Source: Candidatus Krumholzibacteriia bacterium
Lineage (GTDB): Bacteria; Krumholzibacteriota; Krumholzibacteriia; Krumholzibacteriales; Krumholzibacteriaceae
Direction: 5' to 3'
Length of the DNA: 64,000 bases
Assembly (NCBI GenBank): GCA_963836185.1
Contig: CAWIIQ010000001.1
Span: 1,696,001-1,760,000 of the forward strand
The translations under genes and the position numbers were made by a program. Shown here piece by piece: positions 1-9,143 of the stretch; the first letter of the stretch is position 1; each line of letters opens with the position of its first letter. The notes beneath the pieces are model-generated. The model made no database searches and had not been told where the DNA came from. It saw only the letters and a list, made by a program, of their open reading frames with translations.

Positions 1-2241
1 TCGCAGATATGCGGCGCCATCGGCGCAAGAAGCAGTAACAGTGTCTTAATCGAGTATTTAAATAGCTCGCAGGCGCGTCGCTGCGCTGATGTGAATTCTC
101 GGATCCCCGTCCATATACAGGTGTATCTCGTTTACGAGTTCCATCAGGGCGCTTATCGCCGTATTGAAATGGAATGTACCGCCAAGTATATCTCTTTTTA
201 CCCTGTCGGTCGTCTGCTGTGTCTTGCGGTACAGCGATTTCTGAATATCAGTGAGGCTTTCAGGCTCTAATTTCAGGACTCTCTGAGGCAGCCTCCAGGA
301 TATCGCTGTGGTTCGCATAGAGCCTCCAGACTCTGTTTACGAATCTGGAAGCGCCCTCAACGGCGCGGTCGTTCCATTCAGCGTCCTTTTCCGGCGGTCC
401 GATGAAAAGTGTGTATATCCTCACTGTATCAGCGCCGTATTTTTCGAGCAGCGGCTTCGGATCTACCGTATTTCCAGCGCTTTTCGACATCTTGGCGCCA
501 TTTCGCGTTATCATTCCCTGTGTGAAAAGGCTGCCGAAAGGCTCATCAAACGCTACTAACTTCCTGTCATACAGGAACTTAACGATAAACCTCGAGTACA
601 GCAGGTGTAGGATCGCGTGCTCGATACCGCCGATATACTGGTCCACCGGAAGCCATTTGTCTACAAGAGACGGAATCAAAGGCCTTCCTGTCATCATCAG
701 GTGACAGATAGCGCAGGAAATACCAGCTCGAATCGACGAATGTGTCCATCGTATCGGTATCTCGCAGGGCCTTACCGCCGCAGGCGGGACAATCGACGTT
801 CACAAAGTCATCAGATGCCGCGAGCGGCGACTTTCCATCACCCCTCGGCATGAAGTCGACATCCTCGGGGAGCAACACAGGTAGCTGATCCTCGGGCACA
901 GGCACGATTCCGCATTTAGCACAGTGTATCATCGGGATCGGAGCGCCCCAGTATCTCTGCCGCGAGATCAGCCAGTCCTTCAGCCGATAGTGGACCGTCC
1001 TGCGTGCCAGGCCCTTTCCGGCGAGAAAATCGGTGATCGTCTCCATCGCATCCCGATTACCGCGTACCGTCGAACTGCCCCGAGTTTATCATCGTCCCGT
1101 CATCGACATATGCCTCTTTCATCTCTCCAGGCTGACTACCTTCGGGCAGTATGACCTGGACCACGGGAATCTCTACTGGAGACTCCTGCACAAATTCGAA
1201 ATCTCTCTGGTCGTGAGCCGGCACACCCATAACTACGCCCGTTCCATAATCCATCAGGACATAGCTGGCAAGGAAGACCGGTATCTTCCATCCTGTGGCC
1301 GGGTTGACCGCGTAACATCCTGTGAAGAAACCCTCTTTTGTAAATTCTGTCTTCTCCCGTTCCTGGAGGCGCAGTTCACGGGCATGGGCGACGAAGGCTT
1401 TACCTTCATCCTCCCTCCCCCCTCTTTCCAGCATACCTTCGGCAAGGGGATGATCGGCCGCTATTACGATGAAGGTCGCTCCGTATATCGTATCCACACG
1501 CGTGGTGAAGCAGTCCAGCACATCATCGCTGCCCTCGAGAGGAAAAGCGACCTCGACCCCTTCGGATCTCCCTATCCAGTTCTTCTGCATCACACGGACA
1601 CGTTCGGGCCATTTGTCAAGCTTTGCAAGATCATCGAGAAGCCTGTCAGCATAATTCGTTATCCTGAAAAACCATTGCTTGAGATCTTTCTGCTCGACCG
1701 TGCTGTCGCATCTCTCGCACTCCCCTCCCACCACCTGCTCGTTCGCCAGGACAGTCTTGCATGAAGGGCACCAGTTCACTGATGCTTCAGCCTGGTAGGC
1801 GAGCCCGGCCTCGAACAGTTCGCGGAAAAGCCATTGCGTCCATTTGTAGTAGTCCGGTTTGCAGGACGCGACCTCTCTCGACCAGTCGTATATCACACCC
1901 CACTGATCGAACTGTTTTTTCATGTAGGCTATATTATCTTCTGTCCATTTTGCCGGCCTGATATTGTTCTTGATCGCGGCATTCTCCGCGGGCAATCCGA
2001 ATGAGTCCCAACCCATAGGAGCCAGGACATTCCTGCCCTCCATCATCTTGTAGCGCGCAAGAGCATCCCCGATGATATAGTTCCGGCCGTGCCCGACATG
2101 AAGGTATCCCGAAGGATAGGGGAACATCATGAGGCAGTAATATTTGTCGTCAGTATCGGCAGAATCACAGCGGAACAGATCTCCCCAGCGATCATGCCAT
2201 TTTTTTTCAGCTTCCCTGAAGGGAAAGAAATCCTCCATCAT
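1..2241 (-). CDS. leuS: Leucine--tRNA ligase (runs off the window; four apparent +1 frameshifts at about 1062, 672, 271 and 60-105)
   Basis: Consecutive ORFs 1057-2241, 579-1046, 260-697 and 58-318 carry [61 protein letters not shown] and [10 protein letters not shown]; [12 protein letters not shown] reads at the window edge. Confidence 0.95.
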
Positions 2242-2483
2242 GCGTCTTCTCCGGATTCTGTCAGGTCTACGACTACATGTATATCGTCCCCGGCGTTGTC
2301 TATCTCGAGCTTCGCGTCCATGGCCAGAAAGTATTCTACGAGTTCGTCCGCCGCAGCCTCACTGGAGACTATCACTCGCAGATGTCCGCCCCTGAACTCA
2401 TCTATCCTCTTCTTTACGAGCATGAGCGGCCCGGGAGGGTTCAGTCCCCTGGCTATGATCCTTTTCTCTTCGCCCCCTGCCAT
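2238..2483 (-). CDS. TusA/SirA-like (DUF2249-like) small protein without cysteine
   Basis: 81 aa; ARGLNPPGPLMLVKK matches the TusA RGLxCPxP region with C replaced by P; SD GGAGG; ATGA overlap with leuS. Confidence 0.65.
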   Translation of the reverse strand: MAGGEEKRIIARGLNPPGPLMLVKKRIDEFRGGHLRVIVSSEAAADELVEYFLAMDAKLEIDNAGDDIHVVVDLTESGEDA

Positions 2484-2567
2484 AGCGATCGTCCTCCCTC
2501 TCCCTCACGGGAGATGATACCGATTCGATCATCGTATATCAGAAGATAGGGATACAGACTTACGGTC

Positions 2568-2909
2568 TCAAGCCGATTCGAGCATCGATTTGAGTTTTTC
2601 CTCGATAGCTTCCCTCGTGAGCGAACCTACGGCGCTGTCCACGATCTCGCCACCGTTAAAAAAGAGAAGCATGGGAATGCTCCTTACCGAGTAACGGTTT
2701 GCCGTCTGGTTGCTTTCGTTCACGTCGACTTTGAAAAATGAGACTTTCCCGTCATAATCGGATGCCACATCGTGCAGTATCTCATCCAGCCTCTTGCATG
2801 GCACGCACCATGTCGCCCAGAAATCCACGACCGCCGGTTTCCCGGATTCCAGTACCGCGTCGACGAATTCCTGATCAGAGACTTTCCTTACCTTTGTATC
2901 GGTGCTCAT
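2568..2909 (-). CDS. trxA: Thioredoxin
   Basis: VVDFWATWCVPCK active site and cis-Pro loop VRSIPML; start chosen at ATG 2909 behind GGGGGTG. Confidence 0.93.
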   Translation of the reverse strand: MSTDTKVRKVSDQEFVDAVLESGKPAVVDFWATWCVPCKRLDEILHDVASDYDGKVSFFKVDVNESNQTANRYSVRSIPMLLFFNGGEIVDSAVGSLTREAIEEKLKSMLESA

Positions 2910-2937
2910 GAGCTTCACCCCCGCATCATCAGAATCC

Positions 2938-3975
2938 TTATGCTGCGCCTGCTCTACCCGCTTCCTGATCGATCAGCCTGCCCTTCATCGAATGGAGAAT
3001 CGCGCTGTCGAGCAGGAGTTCTTCCGGGAACGCCGTACTCTTCATGAGGATCTCCGTGCTCCTCAGATTCTCCAGCCAGATTATGATCTCGCGGGTCTTC
3101 AGCCTGCCTGCCTCATTCTTGAGCTTATCGTATCTGTAACCTCCGCCCCCCTGCCCCGCCTTTATCCGCAGCAGAGCGAGAAAGTGACGTATCAACTGAT
3201 AGACTACAACAGATGGCCTTTCCGCACCAGAATTAATGATACCTGAAAGGATCATCAAGGCTGAGGCGGAATCACCTTGCCCGATGCTGTCCAGCATGTC
3301 AAAAACACTTCTCATCCTGTAACTGCCCATTACGGATGCCACATCTTTGCCTGTGACATGAGCGCCTTCGAAGGCGACTCCGAGCTTGTCGAGTTCATTG
3401 CTGATATCGAAGAGGTTCGTTCCGGCACTGGAAAGCAGGCTGCTGACAGCCCCTTCATCCATATCGAAATTCAGGCGCTTCGCCCTTGAGGAGACCCATT
3501 TTCGAAGTCCGTTATCGTTCAGGCGATCGAACTGGATCACTTTTCCTCTTGCCTTGACGGCCTTCTCCAACGCTGTGAAATCACGTGGAGGCTTGATCCT
3601 TCTCCCTTTATCGTCGTGCGTAGCGAAAAGAAGAATCAAGACGGTGGACTCGACAGGATCACCACAGTATTCCACCAGTGGTTTCCACTTGCCCTTCAAT
3701 CTTTCGAGTTCACGTATTGTCATCACTCTTTTATCCGAAAGAAATGGAAAGGAGCGTGCTGTCGAGATAAAGGTCTTCATGTCGATCTCGGAGCCATGAT
3801 CGACGCTGAGGTTGAAACTCCTCATATCCTCCGTTACGAATCTGTCAGTCAGACGGGCCGCCATCTCTTCCATGACAAAATACTCTTCGCCCTTAAGCAG
3901 ATATACAGCCCGTGGCTCACCGGAGTCGACCTCGGCGAATGTCTTCTTGTAATAATCAAGTCCGGCTTTCATCAT
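2938..3975 (-). CDS. holA: DNA polymerase III delta subunit
   Basis: VYLLKGEE, SFPFLSDKRV and NELDKL motifs; next to lptE and leuS. Confidence 0.88.
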   Translation of the reverse strand: MMKAGLDYYKKTFAEVDSGEPRAVYLLKGEEYFVMEEMAARLTDRFVTEDMRSFNLSVDHGSEIDMKTFISTARSFPFLSDKRVMTIRELERLKGKWKPLVEYCGDPVESTVLILLFATHDDKGRRIKPPRDFTALEKAVKARGKVIQFDRLNDNGLRKWVSSRAKRLNFDMDEGAVSSLLSSAGTNLFDISNELDKLGVAFEGAHVTGKDVASVMGSYRMRSVFDMLDSIGQGDSASALMILSGIINSGAERPSVVVYQLIRHFLALLRIKAGQGGGGYRYDKLKNEAGRLKTREIIIWLENLRSTEILMKSTAFPEELLLDSAILHSMKGRLIDQEAGRAGAA

Positions 3976-4491
3976 CTACCAGTCCTGTACGGTCGCCGCG
4001 AGGATGCCTTCCACCAGGTCCTGGTAGACCTCCGCAAGCGCATTCTCATAGTTCTGGTCCGCGGTGGTTTCGAGGTAATAATCCCCATGCGCCCTTATCA
4101 GTTTCTCCTCGTATATATAAGCATTCTGCGACGGGCTGAAGAGAGACACTTTTATCTCTATCATCAGGCGGTACTGCTCCGCCTGGACCTGTGTATCGCT
4201 CTGCTCGAACGTGAACGGCGTATTCCTGAATTTTATCACCGAGCCTTCGAGGGTAGCGTCAGATTCAGTCTCATCTACGACCTTGAGGGTGTTGTCTTTA
4301 GCTATCCCAAGTATTATCTGATCGGTGATCTCTATCTCCACATCCGGCTCGGATGTCTTGTTCGTGAAGTACGGTACGGAGATCCTGGCTATGTCACCGG
4401 CCGTCCTGCTCGTCGTCCCGTAATATGTGCATGATATCATCGCAAAGACGCAGAAAAGACCGACTATGACTGCTGGAGGCCTGCTACTCAT
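3976..4491 (-). CDS. lptE: LPS assembly lipoprotein LptE family
   Basis: Lipobox MISC, ISVPYFTNKT, DATLEGSV; lptE-holA synteny. Confidence 0.8.
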   Translation of the reverse strand: MSSRPPAVIVGLFCVFAMISCTYYGTTSRTAGDIARISVPYFTNKTSEPDVEIEITDQIILGIAKDNTLKVVDETESDATLEGSVIKFRNTPFTFEQSDTQVQAEQYRLMIEIKVSLFSPSQNAYIYEEKLIRAHGDYYLETTADQNYENALAEVYQDLVEGILAATVQDW

Positions 4492-5908
4492 CCCCGTTGC
4501 CGCCCTGTCCCATATCGAAGTTCTTGAGCCTGTATCTCAGTTTGTCACGGTTCAGGCGCAGGAGTCTCGCTGCCCTGCTCTGGTTGCCGTCCGATTCTTT
4601 CATGGCTTTTGTTATCAGTTCGATCTCAGTGTCACGCACCATGTCCTCAAATTCGATACCCTCATCAGGATATGGTCTTCCAAGAGCTGCCTCGAGATGC
4701 TGAACGACAGATCTGCCTGGTGCGTCTGAACCCCCGCTTCGTATACTTTCGGGCAGGTGCGCCGGCCTCAGGATCGAATCGTCCTCCAGCAGGACGATCC
4801 TCTCAACGATATTCTTCAACTCACGGATATTGCCAGGCCACGGGTAGGCAAGGATCATCTCGAACGTCTCGTCAGCCACCTCGACAAAATTCTTGTTGAA
4901 CTGTTTATTGAACCTGCTGAGAAAATGTTTGAGGAGAACGAAGATGTCCTCCTTGCGCTCGCGCAGCGGTGGAATAAAGATCGGGATCACCTTGAGCCTG
5001 TAATAGAGATCCTCGCGGAATACCTTCTCACGGACCGCCAGCTCAAGGTCCCTGTTCGTAGCCGAGATGATCCTCACGCTGACTTTTATATCCTTTGTCC
5101 CCCCAACCCTTCTGAATGTCATCCTTTCAAGGACCCTGAGGAGCTTGACCTGGATCGTGAGACTCATCTCCCCGATCTCGTCGAGAAACAGAGTGCCCTT
5201 GTTGGCAAGTTCCAGAAGACCTACCTTCTGGACCTTCGCGTCGGTAAAGGCCCCCTTTTCGTGCCCAAAAAGCTCGCTCTCGAGAAGTTCCTCCGGCAGA
5301 GACGCGCAGTTTATCTCAAGGAACGGCTTGTCGTTCCTGGGGCTGTAGCGGTGGATCATATTGGCGATCATTTCCTTGCCCGTCCCGCTTTCACCCTGGA
5401 CAAGGACCGTCGTGGTCTCACTCTGGGCAACTGTTCTCACGACGTCATAGATCTCTTTCATCTTGGCGCTTTCGCCGGGAACATGCCCGTCGTCCATATC
5501 GATCTTGAGCCTTCGCCTGAGCTGGAAAAGCTCCCTGTTGAGCTTCTGGGATTCCAGGCCCTTCTCGACGGCCAGAAGAAGCTGCTCCAGATTGACAGGT
5601 TTACTTACGAAATCGAATGCACCTTTCTTTATGGCGGATACAGCGGTCTCTATGTCACCGAAAGCTGTCAGCATGATCACGCTGACCTCCGGGACCTCTT
5701 CCTTGACCCGCTGAAGGACCTCGATTCCATTGATATCTGGAAGCTTGAGGTCGAGAAGGATCAGGTCGGGGAGCTCGCTCCTGGTCAGTTCAAGCGCTTC
5801 TTCTCCCGTCGCAGCCGTCAGGGCCTCATATCCCTCGTCTGTGAGTGTCTTTTCTAGAAACAGACGAATGGTGTCTTCATCATCAACCAGAAGCACTACC
5901 GGTTTCAA
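4484..5908 (-). CDS. Sigma-54-dependent response regulator (NtrC/AtoC family: REC-AAA+-HTH)
   Basis: LLVDDE and LLDLKLPD receiver; GESGTGKE; GAFTDA; LFLDEIGE; WPGNIREL; C-terminal Fis HTH GNQSRAARLL. Confidence 0.96.
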   Translation of the reverse strand: MKPVVLLVDDEDTIRLFLEKTLTDEGYEALTAATGEEALELTRSELPDLILLDLKLPDINGIEVLQRVKEEVPEVSVIMLTAFGDIETAVSAIKKGAFDFVSKPVNLEQLLLAVEKGLESQKLNRELFQLRRRLKIDMDDGHVPGESAKMKEIYDVVRTVAQSETTTVLVQGESGTGKEMIANMIHRYSPRNDKPFLEINCASLPEELLESELFGHEKGAFTDAKVQKVGLLELANKGTLFLDEIGEMSLTIQVKLLRVLERMTFRRVGGTKDIKVSVRIISATNRDLELAVREKVFREDLYYRLKVIPIFIPPLRERKEDIFVLLKHFLSRFNKQFNKNFVEVADETFEMILAYPWPGNIRELKNIVERIVLLEDDSILRPAHLPESIRSGGSDAPGRSVVQHLEAALGRPYPDEGIEFEDMVRDTEIELITKAMKESDGNQSRAARLLRLNRDKLRYRLKNFDMGQGGNGDE

Positions 5909-7964
5909 CTTTTCCTCCCTGTACTGGTCGCGTCACGGGCAGATAGACGCGGAATATCGTACCATCACCAGGCTCAGAAATCACCTTTATACTCCCCTGA
6001 TGATGCTGAATTATACTGTGAGTCACAAACAGTCCAAGTCCCGTTCCACCCTTCTTTCTCGAAAAAAACGGCAGAAATATCCTCTGCTTGTCCCTGCTGT
6101 CTATTCCCGGACCGTCGTCCGCTACATCAAGGATGATGAAATCCTTCCCCTTCTGCCTTCTCATATCGGATTCCCTGTCATCGAACGTCTTGACCCGGAC
6201 ACTCACGTGCCCCCCCTCTTCCACAGCTTCAGCGGCGTTCTTGATCAGATTGATCAGCACCTGAGTGATCTGGTCCGGATCTACTTCGACCTTCGGGACT
6301 TCAGGCTCGACACTTGTGGTAAATTCCACCTTTCTGGAATCCAGAATGTCGCTGATAGATTTGAACGACTTTTCTATGATGACGGCCGTATCAGATTCCT
6401 GATACAGAAGATCTCGCGGCTTCGCTACCTTGAAGAGATCCGTGATGATCCTGTTGAGCCTCGCCACCTCCGCCAGGATGTGAGTTATGTTCTCCTTGTG
6501 CTCCTCGCTCAGTTCGGCACTCCTGTCGAGATACTGTATCCCCGCTGCTATCCCCGTGAGGGGATTCCTTATCTCATGGGCGACAGCCGAAGTGAACCGC
6601 CCGAGGACAGCGAGATTGTCAAGATGACGGATCGCTTCTTCCATCCGCTTGATCTCACTGAGGTCTGCGAAGAGAATGATCGCTCCCTGCGTCTCAGTAT
6701 CATCGCCTATCAGGCGGGATACGTTCATCCTTAGCGGTATACATGAATCCTCCTGGCACATGAGATAGGCTTCGTGAAACGCTATTGGATCCCCGCTGTC
6801 CAGCGCCATGAATACCGGCGAACCTTTTCGAGGCTTCCCCGAATCATTATCACAGATCAGCTCATCTATGTTCCGCGCCAGTAGCTCCTCTTCGCTGAGG
6901 CCGCTCATCTCTCTCGCGCTTCTGTTGGCAAATGTGATGTTTCCATCCATATCCGAGACTATCAATCCATGCATCATGCCCTCGAAGACCTTCTCCCGGA
7001 ACCTTTCCTCCTGGCGCAGTTCCTGGTACAGCATCCAGTTCTCCATGTTGGAACCGACAAGAGAGCCGACGGTCTCCACTGTGACCTGGTCTATGTTTGT
7101 CAGCGATGTAGCCCGGTAACCGTCCGTAACCAGAAGGGCGCCGAGCAGAGGAAGGTCCGGGCATGCCAGGCATTCAGCTCGAGTCAGGAAGGGAATCGAT
7201 TCTTTCAGTTCCTTCTCGCACTCCCCCATCTGCCTGAGGATGCATGAATCAGTCTGACAGCAGCCCCTTTCGCCCGAGGATTTCATCAGAGGCACACATA
7301 TGTATGAGCTCATGGTGCTGTCGGGAAAGAGGTGCTCACCTTCTACGTCAATAAGAGGATGCATCCTGACATCTTTGATGAGAAATGCCTTCCCGGTCGA
7401 AAGAGAGTTTCTTATCGCACCGTCAAGATCTTCCAGCCCGAAATTGACTACGCGGCGAACGACCCGGGTAGCTCTCTCGATCGATACTATTGCCTGGAAG
7501 CAATGTTTTCTTTTCCGGAGTATTATAAACGCCGCTTCCTTGTAGCCGACGCCATGCACGAGGTAGTCGAAGACTGAGTCGACCAGCTTCTTCTCGTCGA
7601 GGGAGCTTATGATGCTGCGCCCGATCTCTTTGAGGCTGAGGAGCTGGATGTTCTTCTCAACAAGCTTGAAGAGAGTCCTCTCGAGATCGGTAAGGAGCGT
7701 GATTATCATCCTGTAGAAGACATCATCGCCTGTGTCTCCGATATTCTCATCGAGAAAGAGTCCCTCGCTCTTGAGATTCGATAATCGCTTATGAATATTG
7801 TCGATACGTTTGCCGCGCATCTGCCTGCGCTTAAGGCTGGCACCGACTGCCACAGCGATCCCTGCCGGGATAAGGACCCAGGCTGCGGGAGGCCACAGGG
7901 CGACCACTACGATAAAAACCGTATACAGGCCACCTATCCAGAAATAATCATGTATCCATCGCAT
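5883..7964 (-). CDS. Membrane sensor histidine kinase (2TM-GAF-PAS-HisKA-HATPase)
   Basis: AHEIRNPL H-box, NLIKNAAEA, DDGPGI, GGTGLGL; PAS ITFANRSA; GAF YICVPL; overlaps the regulator start. Confidence 0.94.
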   Translation of the reverse strand: MRWIHDYFWIGGLYTVFIVVVALWPPAAWVLIPAGIAVAVGASLKRRQMRGKRIDNIHKRLSNLKSEGLFLDENIGDTGDDVFYRMIITLLTDLERTLFKLVEKNIQLLSLKEIGRSIISSLDEKKLVDSVFDYLVHGVGYKEAAFIILRKRKHCFQAIVSIERATRVVRRVVNFGLEDLDGAIRNSLSTGKAFLIKDVRMHPLIDVEGEHLFPDSTMSSYICVPLMKSSGERGCCQTDSCILRQMGECEKELKESIPFLTRAECLACPDLPLLGALLVTDGYRATSLTNIDQVTVETVGSLVGSNMENWMLYQELRQEERFREKVFEGMMHGLIVSDMDGNITFANRSAREMSGLSEEELLARNIDELICDNDSGKPRKGSPVFMALDSGDPIAFHEAYLMCQEDSCIPLRMNVSRLIGDDTETQGAIILFADLSEIKRMEEAIRHLDNLAVLGRFTSAVAHEIRNPLTGIAAGIQYLDRSAELSEEHKENITHILAEVARLNRIITDLFKVAKPRDLLYQESDTAVIIEKSFKSISDILDSRKVEFTTSVEPEVPKVEVDPDQITQVLINLIKNAAEAVEEGGHVSVRVKTFDDRESDMRRQKGKDFIILDVADDGPGIDSRDKQRIFLPFFSRKKGGTGLGLFVTHSIIQHHQGSIKVISEPGDGTIFRVYLPVTRPVQGGKVETGSASG

Positions 7965-7981
7965 ATAGTCACCGCTGATGG

Positions 7982-8010
7982 ATTCTAAAGGCGTACTGGA
8001 AGGTAGTCAA
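7982..8010 (-). promoter_or_regulatory. Sigma-70 promoter of the kinase/regulator operon
   Basis: TTGACT-17 nt-TAGAAT, ending 18 nt upstream of the ATG. Confidence 0.65.
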
Positions 8011-8046
8011 GGAATAGCGTATGAGGTGTGATTAAGGTAAAAGGCC

Positions 8047-8862
8047 TCAGCAGGCGCCTTTCCCCGAAATGACGACATAGATCGTCTTGAAGAGGATCTT
8101 TATCTCCTGGACGATAGAGAGCCCGACGATATACTGCAGATCGTAATACAGCTTTCCCGTCATCTGCTCGACCGTCTCGGTATACCCGTCCTCGACCTGG
8201 GCAAGCCCCGTAATTCCGGGTTTTACCTTTAATCTCAGAGGAAATTCTGGCAGTTCCTGACGGACCTGGTTGATAAAGAAGGATCTTTCCGGCCTCGGAC
8301 CGACAATGCTCATATCTCCCCGGATCACATTGATGAACTGGGGAAGTTCATCGATCCGCGTACGCCGCAGCAGGTGGCCGATCCTCGTTATCCGCGGATC
8401 GCCCTTGCTTGAGAGAGTAGGTCCTGCTTTCTCCGCATCCATGCGCATGGTCCTGAGCTTGTAGATGTTGAACGGCTTGCCGGCATGGATCTTCTTCCGC
8501 CTGTCATTTTCCGCTCTCCTGTCGAGACCGTTATAACCTTGCGCTCTATCTCCCCTGCGGTCCGTTCCTCTCCTGTTCAGGCCTATCCTCTCCTGTTTGT
8601 AAAAGATCGAACCTGGCGATTCGAGCTTTATCAGGATTGTCGCGGCGAGGATGACCGGCGAAAGGAGCACCAGTGCGGCGCCGGCGAAAACGATATCGAA
8701 GATCCTCTTGATCCTGTCGAAGGTCGAGGGTATCACGACCTGTTCGTCACTGACGACATCACCTAGGTAGGCAATATCACTGACTAGAGGATCGATACTC
8801 GTCCTCGCCAGCGGGATCGCCGTGTCGAAGTTGCTGATCGCTGTTCTATTGAATACTACCAA
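8047..8862 (-). CDS. Priming sugar transferase (undecaprenyl-phosphate glycosylphosphotransferase, Bac_transf)
   Basis: KRIFDI, YKLRTM, DPRITRIG, RIDELPQFINV, GDMSIVGPRPE, VKPGITGLAQV. Confidence 0.93.
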   Translation of the reverse strand: MVVFNRTAISNFDTAIPLARTSIDPLVSDIAYLGDVVSDEQVVIPSTFDRIKRIFDIVFAGAALVLLSPVILAATILIKLESPGSIFYKQERIGLNRRGTDRRGDRAQGYNGLDRRAENDRRKKIHAGKPFNIYKLRTMRMDAEKAGPTLSSKGDPRITRIGHLLRRTRIDELPQFINVIRGDMSIVGPRPERSFFINQVRQELPEFPLRLKVKPGITGLAQVEDGYTETVEQMTGKLYYDLQYIVGLSIVQEIKILFKTIYVVISGKGAC

Positions 8863-8925
8863 CTCAGACCTTTCGCACCTTGATGATTCGGATACACCTG
8901 TCCCAGATCGACGATTAATAAGGAT

Positions 8926-8941
8926 TGCAACTTCCGTACCC
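8926..8941 (-). promoter_or_regulatory. Sigma-54 (-24/-12) promoter of the sugar transferase
   Basis: GGGTAC-GGAAG-TTGCA, with correct GG-N10-GC spacing. Confidence 0.65.
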
Positions 8942-9070
8942 CACCATCATAATTCCACACTCACATAGAAAACAGGTGAATACACACGCATAAGTCACTA
9001 CGTATACATCTGTTAGAAAACCGTTAGTTGTTGTGAGCAAATTGCCGGACAGACCCCACATCCCAAATCA

Positions 9071-9118
9071 TAGGTAATAATACCCATATTTTTCAAGCGA
9101 GTTGTGGATTTTTCCGCA
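9071..9118. promoter_or_regulatory. Pair of imperfect 16-bp palindromes, candidate upstream activator sequences
   Basis: TAGGTAATAATACCCA (9071-9086) and TGTGGATTTTTCCGCA (9103-9118), 32 bp apart, 130-180 bp upstream of the sigma-54 site. Confidence 0.45.
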
Positions 9119-9143
9119 ATTTTTGCCGCTTATCCTGGCCAGA

